DNA of 62,233 nt, counting the filler, from Candidatus Woesearchaeota archaeon (lineage in GTDB: Archaea; Nanobdellota; Nanobdellia; Woesearchaeales; ARS49), in the NCBI GenBank assembly GCA_016188265.1. It is 3 parts of 3 records of this genome, joined end to end, with 100 filler letters (N's around TTAATTAATTAA, not from the genome) between each part and the next. Parts side by side here need not be neighbours in the genome. Positions count along the whole stretch, not along the records: positions 29,541 to 55,511 come from JACPID010000001.1; positions 55,612 to 62,233 come from JACPID010000018.1; 1 more part is not named here. The stretch is one strand, 5' to 3'. Both the position numbers and the translations under genes were made by a program. Each line of letters starts with the position of its first letter. Within the stretch, counting starts at the first letter, position 1. Positions 47,422-55,984 of the stretch are shown here, in pieces. The notes under the pieces are model-generated. The model searched no databases. It saw nothing but the letters and a program-made list of their open reading frames with translations, and had not been told where the DNA came from.

Positions 47422-49431
47422 TTGGATGCTACTGAACAGATTAAGCAATTTACGCAATTTTTAGAAAAAGAATATTATGCTGAATTACTTGAAAAAATAC
47501 GTAAAGGCGAGCCTTCTTTAAGTGTAGATTTCAAAAAACTTATTAAATTTAATCCAGAACTTGGAGATATATTAATTGAAGAGCCTGAAGAAACACTTAA
47601 AGCATTTCAGATTTCTGTTGAACAAATTGATGAAAAAGGCAAAGGCATAGTTATTAAAGCGCATTCTTTATCAGAATCATGCAAAATAATGATTCGAAAT
47701 ATAAGAAGTGTTAATTTAAACAAATTTGTATTTACTGAAGGAATAGTGCGCCAAAAAAGTGATGTTAGGCCGCAGGTTACTTCAGCTCGTTTTGAATGCC
47801 CAAGCTGTGGCAATACATTATCAGTGCTTCAGCTTGATACAAAATTTAAAGAACCTTCAAGATGTAGTTGTGGAAGAAAAGGAAAATTTCGATTATTAAG
47901 CAAAGAACTTGTTGATGCGCAAGGTTTAGTTCTTGAAGAAATACCAGAACAGCTTGAAGGAGGAGAGCAGCCAAAAAGAATAAATGTTTTTTTAAAAAAT
48001 GAATTAGTAAGCCCTTTGAGTGAAAAAAAAACAAATCCTGGAAGTAGAATAATTATTACTGGAATTATAAAAGAAGTGCCAATTATTCATAGAAGCGGTA
48101 TTCAAAGTACAAGATTTGATTTATTATTTGAAGCAAATCATATTCAATCTGTTGAGGAAGATTTTACTGATATATCAATCAATCCTGAAGAAGAAGCGAA
48201 GATTAAAGAACTTGCCAATGATCCTAACTTAGTAACTAAAATGGTAAGGTCAATTGCTCCTTCTATTTATGGTCATGAAAAAATAAAAGAAGCATTAGTA
48301 CTTCAAATGATGGGCGGTGTTAGAAAAAAAAGAGATGATGGTTTAATAACAAGAGGAGATATCCATGTTTTATTAGTAGGAGATCCAGGAGCAGCAAAAA
48401 GCCAGTTATTGAAACGTATAACAAACGTTGCGCCAAAAGCACGTTATGTAACTGGTAAAGGAGCTAGCGGTACTGGCCTTACTGCATCTGTAGTCAAAGA
48501 TGAATTCTTGCAGGGATGGAGCCTTGAAGCAGGAGCATTAGTATTGGCAAATAAAGGCCATTGCATGATTGATGAACTTGATAAAATGAGTAAAGAAGAT
48601 ACCTGGGCAATGCACGAGGCATTGGAACAGCAAAGCGTTACCATTAGCAAAGCTAATATTCAAGCATCATTACGTTGTGAAACAACTATTCTTGCTGCTG
48701 CAAACCCTAAGTTTGGCAGGTTTGATCCTTATGATACTGTTGCTGCGCAAATTAATTTACCTCCGACATTGATCAACCGTTTTGATTTGATTTTTCCAGT
48801 AAAAGATTTGCCTGATGAGAAAAAAGATGAAAAACTTGCTCGATTTATTCTTGAATTGCATAAAGATACTGATAGTATACAGCCTGACATTCCAACTGTT
48901 TTATTAAGAAAATATGTTGCATTTGCTAGACAGAACATTTTTCCAAAATTAACACAATCAGCTATTGATGAACTTAAAGAATACTTTTTAAGAATGCGTG
49001 CTTCTGCATCTGGAGAAGGTGTTAAATCAATTCCTATATCAGCAAGACAGTTAGAAGGGCTTATTAGGCTTTCAGAAGCAAGTGCTCGTTTAAGGCTAGC
49101 AGAAAAAGTTACTAAAAGAGATGCACAGCATGCTATTGAACTTGTTGATTATTGTTTAAGATTGGTTGCATTTGATGAAGAAACAGGAACTTTTGACATT
49201 GACAGAATTGCAACAGACATCCCTGCAAGCCAAAGAAACAGAATAATAGTTGTCAAAGAAATTCTAGTAGAGCTAGAAAAAACACTTGGAAAAATGATTC
49301 CAATAGAAGATGTTATTAAAGCAGCGCGTGATAGAAGTATTGAAGATCATGATGTAGATGATGTAATTCAGCGTTTAAAACGCTCTGGAGACATTTATGA
49401 GCCTAAACCAGGATTTTTAAGCAGAATCTGA
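47422..49431 (+). CDS. mcm: Replicative helicase MCM (TTG start)
   Basis: Zn finger CPSC...CSC, GDPGAAKS, IDELDKM, AAANP, NRFDL, SARQLE, C-terminal wHTH; no intein. Confidence 0.98.
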   Translation: MDATEQIKQFTQFLEKEYYAELLEKIRKGEPSLSVDFKKLIKFNPELGDILIEEPEETLKAFQISVEQIDEKGKGIVIKAHSLSESCKIMIRNIRSVNLNKFVFTEGIVRQKSDVRPQVTSARFECPSCGNTLSVLQLDTKFKEPSRCSCGRKGKFRLLSKELVDAQGLVLEEIPEQLEGGEQPKRINVFLKNELVSPLSEKKTNPGSRIIITGIIKEVPIIHRSGIQSTRFDLLFEANHIQSVEEDFTDISINPEEEAKIKELANDPNLVTKMVRSIAPSIYGHEKIKEALVLQMMGGVRKKRDDGLITRGDIHVLLVGDPGAAKSQLLKRITNVAPKARYVTGKGASGTGLTASVVKDEFLQGWSLEAGALVLANKGHCMIDELDKMSKEDTWAMHEALEQQSVTISKANIQASLRCETTILAAANPKFGRFDPYDTVAAQINLPPTLINRFDLIFPVKDLPDEKKDEKLARFILELHKDTDSIQPDIPTVLLRKYVAFARQNIFPKLTQSAIDELKEYFLRMRASASGEGVKSIPISARQLEGLIRLSEASARLRLAEKVTKRDAQHAIELVDYCLRLVAFDEETGTFDIDRIATDIPASQRNRIIVVKEILVELEKTLGKMIPIEDVIKAARDRSIEDHDVDDVIQRLKRSGDIYEPKPGFLSRI

Positions 49432-49482
49432 TTATTTATATAAACATTTTTAAACGCTTAAATCTATTTTTTATTTAAAAAG

Positions 49483-50505
49483 ATGGTGCAAGCTAGTTTA
49501 GTTGATTATATTAAAAAGTATAAAGATGAGTATGGAATTGAGAAGTTGCGTTCATACTTGATTCAACAAGGATACAGCCCTGTAGATGTAGAACAAGCAA
49601 TAAGTATTGCAATTAAAAAGTCTTTTATTAATTGGAAAATTTTAATTATTATTATTATTTTAATTACAATAACATTTACACTGCTGGCTTATTTTACACT
49701 TGAAGAAGAAAAGATCAGTGTTTTTTTAACAATACAGCCAAGTACACAGTTGATTTTTCAAGAAATGCCGCTTCAATTTACAATTTTTTTAAGATCAACA
49801 AGTGAAAAACTAATAAGAGTAGATTTATTTTACAATATTTATAATATTAATAATGAATTATTATTTGAAAAAGCAGATAAAATATTATTTAAAAAACTCC
49901 AGCAATTTCCAGTGAGCATTCCATTAAAATTAAGCAGTGGAAAATATTTTTTAAAAACAGAGCTGAAATATGAAGATCAAGTTATAGAAAAACAATTTTC
50001 TTTTGAAGTAAAGGAAAAAATAGAAGCGCCGTTAGTAATTGGAGAAAAAGCTCTTTTAACTTGCGAGCCAGAATGTAATGATTATAATGCTTGTACAAAA
50101 GATATTTGCAGAGGAACAATGTGTGCTTATGAAACAATAACTCCATGCTGTGGAAATAATGTTTGTGAAAAAAATGAATTATTATCCTGCTCTCAAGACT
50201 GCCTGCAACCAATTGTGCAAACTGGTTTATTTGAAAAAGCAGAAGAATTATCAGCATCATCTCCAGAAAATGCTGTTCAAATTTGTTTATCAGTTCCAAA
50301 CAGAGAAAGTGAGTGTTTGTATTATTTAGCTGAAAAAAATAAAAATAGTGTTTTTTGCGCAGCAATTAAAGAAAGAATTGTAAAAGATAGTTGTTATACA
50401 GATCATGCAACTAGAACAAAAGAGTATAGTGTATGCAATAAAATAAGTGATGAGTTTTTGCAAAGAAGTTGTTTAATGCAGAAAAACTTATATGAAAGTA
50501 TTTAA
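49483..50505 (+). CDS. Single-pass membrane protein with Ig-like and Cys-rich extracellular regions
   Basis: LIQQGY N-terminal motif, TM helix, CNDYNACTKDIC, CCGNNVCE and repeated C..I......CY units. Confidence 0.7.
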   Translation: MVQASLVDYIKKYKDEYGIEKLRSYLIQQGYSPVDVEQAISIAIKKSFINWKILIIIIILITITFTLLAYFTLEEEKISVFLTIQPSTQLIFQEMPLQFTIFLRSTSEKLIRVDLFYNIYNINNELLFEKADKILFKKLQQFPVSIPLKLSSGKYFLKTELKYEDQVIEKQFSFEVKEKIEAPLVIGEKALLTCEPECNDYNACTKDICRGTMCAYETITPCCGNNVCEKNELLSCSQDCLQPIVQTGLFEKAEELSASSPENAVQICLSVPNRESECLYYLAEKNKNSVFCAAIKERIVKDSCYTDHATRTKEYSVCNKISDEFLQRSCLMQKNLYESI

Positions 50506-50528
50506 ACATATAAAAAATACTTAGAATT

Positions 50529-51128
50529 ATGTCAAATAATAATGCTGCAAAAAAAATGCGTATTGTAGATATTTTAAATTCAGTGTATGTTAAAGAAGAA
50601 GGAATGAATCCAAATTACTTATTATTTAATGATAAAAAAATATTTCATGTTAATGTTCTTGGCGCTGTTGTTGAAGTAAGTGATGATTCTGTAAGTATAG
50701 ACGATGGATCTGGAAAGATTGTGCTTAGAAGTTTTGATGAAAACCCCCCTTATAAAAATGTTATAATTGGAGATGTTGTTTTAGTTATTGGAAAACCCAG
50801 AGAATATAATGGAAAATATATTTTGTCTGAAGTTGTTAAAAAATCAAGAAATCCATTATGGATTCAGTTGCGCCAAAAAGAATTAAGTAATATCAAAGAG
50901 CTGAAAAAAATGCATGATTGTGAAAATTTTGAAGAAAATATTGTAGAAGAAGATTTGCAAGAATTTGGTGATGTTATTAAAATAATAAAAGAGCTTGATG
51001 CTGGTTTTGGTGTTCCTGTGGAAAAGGTTTGTGAAAAAGTTCCTGATTGTGATGATAGAATAGAACAGTTGAAGCGTGATGGAGAAATTTTTGAAGTAAA
51101 ACCTGGCTGGGTTAAAGTGCTTGAATAA
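50529..51128 (+). CDS. OB-fold ssDNA-binding protein, RPA32-like
   Basis: VNVLGAVV, IDDGSGKI, VIGKPREY and C-terminal wHTH GEIFEVKPG. Confidence 0.82.
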   Translation: MSNNNAAKKMRIVDILNSVYVKEEGMNPNYLLFNDKKIFHVNVLGAVVEVSDDSVSIDDGSGKIVLRSFDENPPYKNVIIGDVVLVIGKPREYNGKYILSEVVKKSRNPLWIQLRQKELSNIKELKKMHDCENFEENIVEEDLQEFGDVIKIIKELDAGFGVPVEKVCEKVPDCDDRIEQLKRDGEIFEVKPGWVKVLE

Positions 51129-51156
51129 TGATGTTACTTTTAAGTGGTGAATTTAT

Positions 51157-51213
51157 CGTAAGATTTATATAGTACTTCTGTTATTATGGAGTATAAGGTC
51201 GTTATTATGGAGG
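51157..51213 (+). promoter_or_regulatory. Promoter and RBS of the MoxR/vWA island
   Basis: CGTAAGA-TTTATATA (TATA at 51164-51171); GGAGG at 51209-51213. Confidence 0.55.
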
Positions 51214-51221
51214 TTTTTACT

Positions 51222-52508
51222 ATGGTTAAAAAAGATGCTGTTGAAGCTTTGAGGAAGCTTGATGTTCGTGTTAGAGAGGCTAGTAAAGATTACTTTCACT
51301 CTAGACCTGTTGCTAATTATATGTCTGGTGATGGGGATAATACTTATTCGGTTTCTATGGGTTTAAGGAGTTTAATGCTTGTTAGTGCAGTTACTGGCAA
51401 TAATGTTTTATTGACTGGTAGCACTGGCAGCGGTAAGACTCACTTAAGTAAGATGGTTATGGCTGGTTTGTTTGGCAACACAGGTTATAAGACTTTGCAG
51501 ATTGATGCTAATTTTAGTTTGGATAAACTTCGTGATATTAGTTTTAGCACTATTGCAAGTGGAGGTCGTTTGAGTGAAGCTGTTAAGGAAACTCCTTTGT
51601 TAACTGTTCCTGGTGTTGTTATTGATGAGTATAATCGTGCTCCTCCTGAACTTACTAACATAATTCAAGGTTGGTTGCAGAATGGAGTTTTGACTTTTGA
51701 AGGAGGACGTGAAGTTAATCCTGGGGTGGTTTTTAATGGACGTGAACGTTATCAATGGAAGGTTGCTACTGTTAATGAAGGCAGTCGTTATAGCGGCGCT
51801 AGAAAGTTGGATAAAGCTTCTAGAGACCGTTTAAGTGTTGAAATTCCTTTGGACGTTTTTCCTTTAACTGATGATGACAGGCGTAATCTTAGTTATAAGA
51901 CTAGCACTAGTGTTGATGCTTTTGATGGTGATGGTGCTTTGGAAGACTTGTTAAAAGTTGCAGTTGGTGTTAGAGAAGTTCCTTTAACTGGGCCTGCTAA
52001 TGAATTTATTATTTATTTACAGAGAATGAATCAGTGTGTTAAAACACCCAATAAAACTAAGTTGGAGGTTGAGAATTTTAGTCCAGAATATTGTAAGGGT
52101 TGCCATTTAAGTAAAGGTAATGATAATATTTGTGGTAGTGTTTATGCTCCTAGCGACCGTTCAGTCATAGCATTGAGAAACCTTTCCAAGGGTTTTGCAT
52201 TGTATAGATGTTTACAAACTGGAAGTGACCCTTCAAATTTGAAGGTTGAACTTGAAGAGGTTGTAGCAGCAGCTCCTTTTGTATTTTTAAGCAAATTAGA
52301 TATGCATCCGGGATGGATTGATAGAACCAGCAACGGCAGTCGTTGGCAAGCTGTTAATAATGCTGTAAAGGTTGCTTACAATCGTTTCAAGAATTATGTA
52401 CAATCTAATTTTGAGCATTTACAGCAAAACACTCCTGATAGTTTAAAAGCCATGCAAAAATATGCTCAAGAAAAGGATGCATGGTGTATTGAATTAAGCA
52501 GAGCTTAA
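51222..52508 (+). CDS. MoxR-family AAA+ ATPase with Cys-rich lid insertion
   Basis: VLLTGSTGSGKT, VIDEYNRAPP (MoxR DE.NRA), ATVN...LDKASRDRL, SDRS sensor II; start 51222 follows GGAGG (ORF open from 51186). Confidence 0.85.
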   Translation: MVKKDAVEALRKLDVRVREASKDYFHSRPVANYMSGDGDNTYSVSMGLRSLMLVSAVTGNNVLLTGSTGSGKTHLSKMVMAGLFGNTGYKTLQIDANFSLDKLRDISFSTIASGGRLSEAVKETPLLTVPGVVIDEYNRAPPELTNIIQGWLQNGVLTFEGGREVNPGVVFNGRERYQWKVATVNEGSRYSGARKLDKASRDRLSVEIPLDVFPLTDDDRRNLSYKTSTSVDAFDGDGALEDLLKVAVGVREVPLTGPANEFIIYLQRMNQCVKTPNKTKLEVENFSPEYCKGCHLSKGNDNICGSVYAPSDRSVIALRNLSKGFALYRCLQTGSDPSNLKVELEEVVAAAPFVFLSKLDMHPGWIDRTSNGSRWQAVNNAVKVAYNRFKNYVQSNFEHLQQNTPDSLKAMQKYAQEKDAWCIELSRA

Positions 52509-52513
52509 ATAAA

Positions 52514-53311
52514 ATGAACCACATTATACCTCCAGATAATCTGGATGAACTTGCTAGAAAGTTTGGTTTTGGTAAGTATGCTTCTTTACCTAAAGATAAT
52601 GTTAATTCTACTACGACAAAACCTGTAACTAAAACAAGTAATACTGGTAATTTTGTTATTGAAGTATTGGCTGACAGATACAGATTACATAATATAATGT
52701 ATCGAGGGGAATTGTATGTTGTGGATTGGAGCAAAGATTTCTTAAGGGGTGGAGAACAACACAGTCAACAAGAATGGATTGACTTAACTAAGAATGAAGA
52801 ATTCACACTACCGGACTCTCCTCTTTGTTTCGCATCAATGCAAACACTTTTCAAAAATAAAGAAGAAACTAATTTAATAGAACAAGTAAGGAATTATTTT
52901 GCACAAACGTTTAAAGTTGAAGGAAATATAAACAGGCCGCATACATCTTCAAGAGCAATATATAATCCAAGAGGAAATGATGAAGTAATCCACAGATTAG
53001 GCTATCCAGATCAATACACAGTAAGTACAAAATTAATAGGTCAAGATGGATACATAACAACAATAAAACCAGAAAATGAAATGAACACATTACTAGCAAC
53101 TCAAAATTGCGAAGAAATACAACAAGTCATTGAATGGATAAGCGGAAAAAAACCTTACTTATATAGAATCAACAACAAACCCAGCTCAAAAGAAGAGCGG
53201 GCTGTTGTGCTTGGCGTCGACAGCAGCAACTACTTCGACATCGCCGATGGCGACATCGACGGCGGCAGGCCCGCTCGTGGGGTGGTCGTGGCGCGCGAAA
53301 ATTCTTCATGA
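52514..53311 (+). CDS. Putative DGR target protein (C-terminal variable region, probable C-type-lectin fold)
   Basis: Ends ERAVVLG-VDSSNYFDIADGDIDGG-RPARGV, encoded by GC-rich NNC codons; paralog of 55253. Confidence 0.7.
   Translation: MNHIIPPDNLDELARKFGFGKYASLPKDNVNSTTTKPVTKTSNTGNFVIEVLADRYRLHNIMYRGELYVVDWSKDFLRGGEQHSQQEWIDLTKNEEFTLPDSPLCFASMQTLFKNKEETNLIEQVRNYFAQTFKVEGNINRPHTSSRAIYNPRGNDEVIHRLGYPDQYTVSTKLIGQDGYITTIKPENEMNTLLATQNCEEIQQVIEWISGKKPYLYRINNKPSSKEERAVVLGVDSSNYFDIADGDIDGGRPARGVVVARENSS
52547..52644 (+). repeat. 98-bp direct repeat encoding shared N-terminal leader, copy 1
   Basis: 95/98 identical to 55289-55386. Confidence 0.95.
53195..53297 (+). mobile_element. Putative DGR variable region (VR) with GC-rich 3' end
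   Basis: 71/103 nt are G+C in an AT-rich gene; 17 of 18 consecutive codons (53213-53266) end in C; ends in GGCGCGCG. No TR or RT in the window. Confidence 0.68.
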
Positions 53312-53330
53312 GAAGTGAAGGTTTACTATT

Positions 53331-55256
53331 ATGACTAATGAAAAACCCAAAGGTAAAAATTCCGGAAATGTCGAGGCAGAGATTCGAAGTATTGTTCAAT
53401 CTCATTTGCATAAGAAGGGTTGGGATGTTTTATATCGTTTGAATGTTGAAGTTAGTGATACTGAAAATCTTATTGAAGCAGGTATTAATCGTGAAAATTG
53501 GATGATTCATTATTTGGCTGATCCTTTAATTGGTGATAAGCTTGAAGATATGATTCGACAAGAAGGAATTCGTGTAGAATGTTCTAAAGAGAAATTGTTG
53601 TGTGCTGGTGCAGATCATGAAGAAGGCCATTGGAGAGTTTGTCCTTTTGATAGAGATTATGTAGAAGACATCTTGCACGGTATTAGCGCTGGTTTAAAAA
53701 ATGCAGGTCTTAGTGGTGATGAGATTGTGCAGTATGCTCCTGATGTTGCTAATTTATTTATGGATTTTATAGATAACAGTGTTAATGGCTTGGATGCTAA
53801 AGATGGAGTGAATTTTAGTGATGGTATAAGTTTGTTTTACTTGAATCAATTGCGTAAACCAAATTGTAGTGCTGGTTATGCTTTATTTGTTGATGCTCAA
53901 ATGAAAGTTTATGGTAGAAAAGGTATTGAAACTAAGGTTAGGCCTAGAGGTTTATTGGGACGTATTTTTGGTAAAGAAAAATCTAGAGTTGTTGGTTTTC
54001 GTGAAATGGCAGAGTCTCATTCTTCTTATAAGAAGATTGCTAAGGATGTTAAATCTTTGATTGCTACTGTTTTACCTAGCGCTTTAGCAGATAAAGCGTA
54101 TGAACGTGGTGTTGATAGTTATGATTCAAGATTACTTATTGATGAATTTACTAAAAGAGATTTATGGGGTAAGAAAGCTGAAGCTTTTGCTAAGGTGTTT
54201 GCTCCTTATGCCAAAGAAGTAAATAAAGAAAACAATAGTAGTTGTGAAGGCAATGGTGAAGGGCAAGGTAAAACAGGTAAACAAAATAAGTCTAAGCAAG
54301 GTTCTGAAAGTAATAAAGGTAAGCACGAGCATAAAGGTAGGTGTAATTTTGTTAGGGAATTGCTTGAAGACCCTGAAGCTAGAAAGGATATTTTAAGGCG
54401 TGCTTTAAGTAAAGGTCGCAAGGCTGGTCCTGAAGGAATTCCTTATTTTAGTCAACAGGAATCTTTTGAAGCAGCTTATGAGTCTGCTGTTGAAGAAATA
54501 GTTCTTAAATATTTTAAGGATGATGACGATAATGAAAATCCTGCTTTTGATTTGTTTCATATGAAGGATAGAAAGCTTGAAGAAGATGAAATTATTACTG
54601 GTAGATTAAATTGGGGTAAAACTTTATTTGTTAATACTTCTGAAGGTAAAGAATTATGGTTGCATAAAAGAGAAGTTCCTTATCAAATTGAAGAAGAAAT
54701 GCTTCCCGGAAGGAAAAGTTTAGAGGATGTTTTATTTGTTGTTGACGTTAGTGGCAGTATGGGTTGGAGTGGAAAGCCTTTAGACGGTAGCAAGTATGAT
54801 TTAGCTTTACAGTCTATTTTTGGATGTTTAAGAGGTTTAGAAAAAATGGGCAGAGCAGCTCATGCTAGATATGGTTTAGTTTTATTTAGCAACAGCACTG
54901 AATTTAGTGGTTGGGAAGAATATTATGGTTTAGACAAGTTCAAGCGATTGGTTTTTACTGGTTATCAAGGTCAAGGCACTCACTTAAATTCTAGAGTAAT
55001 GCAAAAAGCATTGCAAGGAAATAATAACCGTTTTTTAACTATTTTAATAAGTGATGGTGAAATAAGTAATACTGATGCTCCAGAAACAATCAAAAAAGTT
55101 GTTGACGCAGGTAATGATGTTGTACAATTCAGTATTCAAGGAAGCACTGATTTCAGCAAAAAAATTAAAAATTACGGAGCTGAAATAGTCCAAGTCAACA
55201 AGCCAGAAGACCTTGCAGGAATTGTTTTAGAAAAAGTTAAGGAGCGATACAAATGA
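53331..55256 (+). CDS. vWA-domain protein with N-terminal HExxH metallopeptidase-like domain
   Basis: HEEGH plus NLFMDFIDN; low-complexity G/K/S linker; MIDAS VDVSGSM...GT...ISDGE. Confidence 0.85.
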   Translation: MTNEKPKGKNSGNVEAEIRSIVQSHLHKKGWDVLYRLNVEVSDTENLIEAGINRENWMIHYLADPLIGDKLEDMIRQEGIRVECSKEKLLCAGADHEEGHWRVCPFDRDYVEDILHGISAGLKNAGLSGDEIVQYAPDVANLFMDFIDNSVNGLDAKDGVNFSDGISLFYLNQLRKPNCSAGYALFVDAQMKVYGRKGIETKVRPRGLLGRIFGKEKSRVVGFREMAESHSSYKKIAKDVKSLIATVLPSALADKAYERGVDSYDSRLLIDEFTKRDLWGKKAEAFAKVFAPYAKEVNKENNSSCEGNGEGQGKTGKQNKSKQGSESNKGKHEHKGRCNFVRELLEDPEARKDILRRALSKGRKAGPEGIPYFSQQESFEAAYESAVEEIVLKYFKDDDDNENPAFDLFHMKDRKLEEDEIITGRLNWGKTLFVNTSEGKELWLHKREVPYQIEEEMLPGRKSLEDVLFVVDVSGSMGWSGKPLDGSKYDLALQSIFGCLRGLEKMGRAAHARYGLVLFSNSTEFSGWEEYYGLDKFKRLVFTGYQGQGTHLNSRVMQKALQGNNNRFLTILISDGEISNTDAPETIKKVVDAGNDVVQFSIQGSTDFSKKIKNYGAEIVQVNKPEDLAGIVLEKVKERYK

Positions 55257-55511
55257 GTGAACATTTAATTCCGCCACAAAGTTTGGACGAACTTGCTAGA
55301 AAGTTTGGTCTTGGTAAGTATGCTCCTTTACCTAAAGATAATGTTAATTCTACTACGACAAAACCTGCAACTAAAACAAGTAATACAAGGAATTTTTCCA
55401 TAGAAGAACGTGAAGATAGCTACGTTTTACACAGTGTTGAGTATGCTGATGAAGTGTGTGATTTTACTTGGACTAAAGAATTATTAGATGGCGGAAACAC
55501 TCACACCCAAG
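55253..55511 (+). CDS. Second putative DGR target paralog, truncated by the contig end
   Basis: Same leader as 52514, then homologous but diverged NFSIE...W.K.LL.GG..H.Q; ATGA overlap with the vWA gene. Confidence 0.7.
55289..55386 (+). repeat. 98-bp direct repeat, copy 2
   Basis: 95/98 identical to 52547-52644. Confidence 0.95.
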
Positions 55512-55611
55512 NNNNNNNNNNNNNNNNNNNNNNNNNNNNNNNNNNNNNNNNNNNNTTAATTAATTAANNNNNNNNNNNNNNNNNNNNNNNNNNNNNNNNN
55601 NNNNNNNNNNN
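55512..55611. other. Artificial contig linker
   Basis: 44 N + TTAATTAATTAA + 44 N. Confidence 0.97.
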
Positions 55612-55612
55612 A

Positions 55613-55756
55613 GCTGAAGCAAGATTGTTTAAGGGAAAATTTGTTTGCCGTAGATGCAAATCAGTAATAAGAGCATTAAGCTCAAAAGTACGTGCAGGAT
55701 ACATAACTTGTAGAAAATGCCAAGGCCATGCTTTTAAGCCAAAAAGAAAGAAATAA
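55613..55756 (+). CDS. rpl40e: 50S ribosomal protein L40e (5' partial, not in ORF track)
   Basis: AEARLFKGKFVCRRCKSVIRALSSKVRAGYITCRKCQGHAFKPKRKK. Confidence 0.88.
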   Translation, partial: AEARLFKGKFVCRRCKSVIRALSSKVRAGYITCRKCQGHAFKPKRKK

Positions 55757-55863
55757 GCCATTAACACAAAACAAACGTGAAGAAACTAGCAGTTGCAAAA
55801 ATGCGCGTTATAACTAATATAAACTTACCTGCATAGATACTATATTTGAGTGCAAAGGACACA

Positions 55864-55977
55864 ATGAAAGGCTATGAGAGTTACTACAACTTCTGCCGTA
55901 AGCACCAAGCACTAGGAAAGTATCCTTATGAAGTTGCCATACCTTCCTTGCAGTTAGGAAAGAATATTGGGTTCTAA
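55864..55977 (+). pseudogene. Possible C-terminal remnant of a DDE transposase/integrase
   Basis: YYNFCRKHQALGKYPYEVA resembles the YN..R.H..L...P.E end of integrase-core transposases; no upstream catalytic core. Confidence 0.45.
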
Positions 55978-55984
55978 AAGATGA

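Noticed and set aside
53300..53325. DGR homing hairpin downstream of the VR
   Set aside because: Only a 4-5-bp stem (CTTCA...TGAAG) is possible; too weak to call.
53169..53411. Arg/Cys-rich minus-strand ORF
   Set aside because: Shadow frame produced by the GC-rich NNC codon run on the plus strand.
51186..55511. Complete DGR cassette (RT, avd, template repeat)
   Set aside because: No reverse-transcriptase motifs and no second AAC-rich copy of the VR were found in the window; only the target side is supported.
55564..55767. Minus-strand 67-aa ORF
   Set aside because: Antisense shadow of L40e that ends in the linker.
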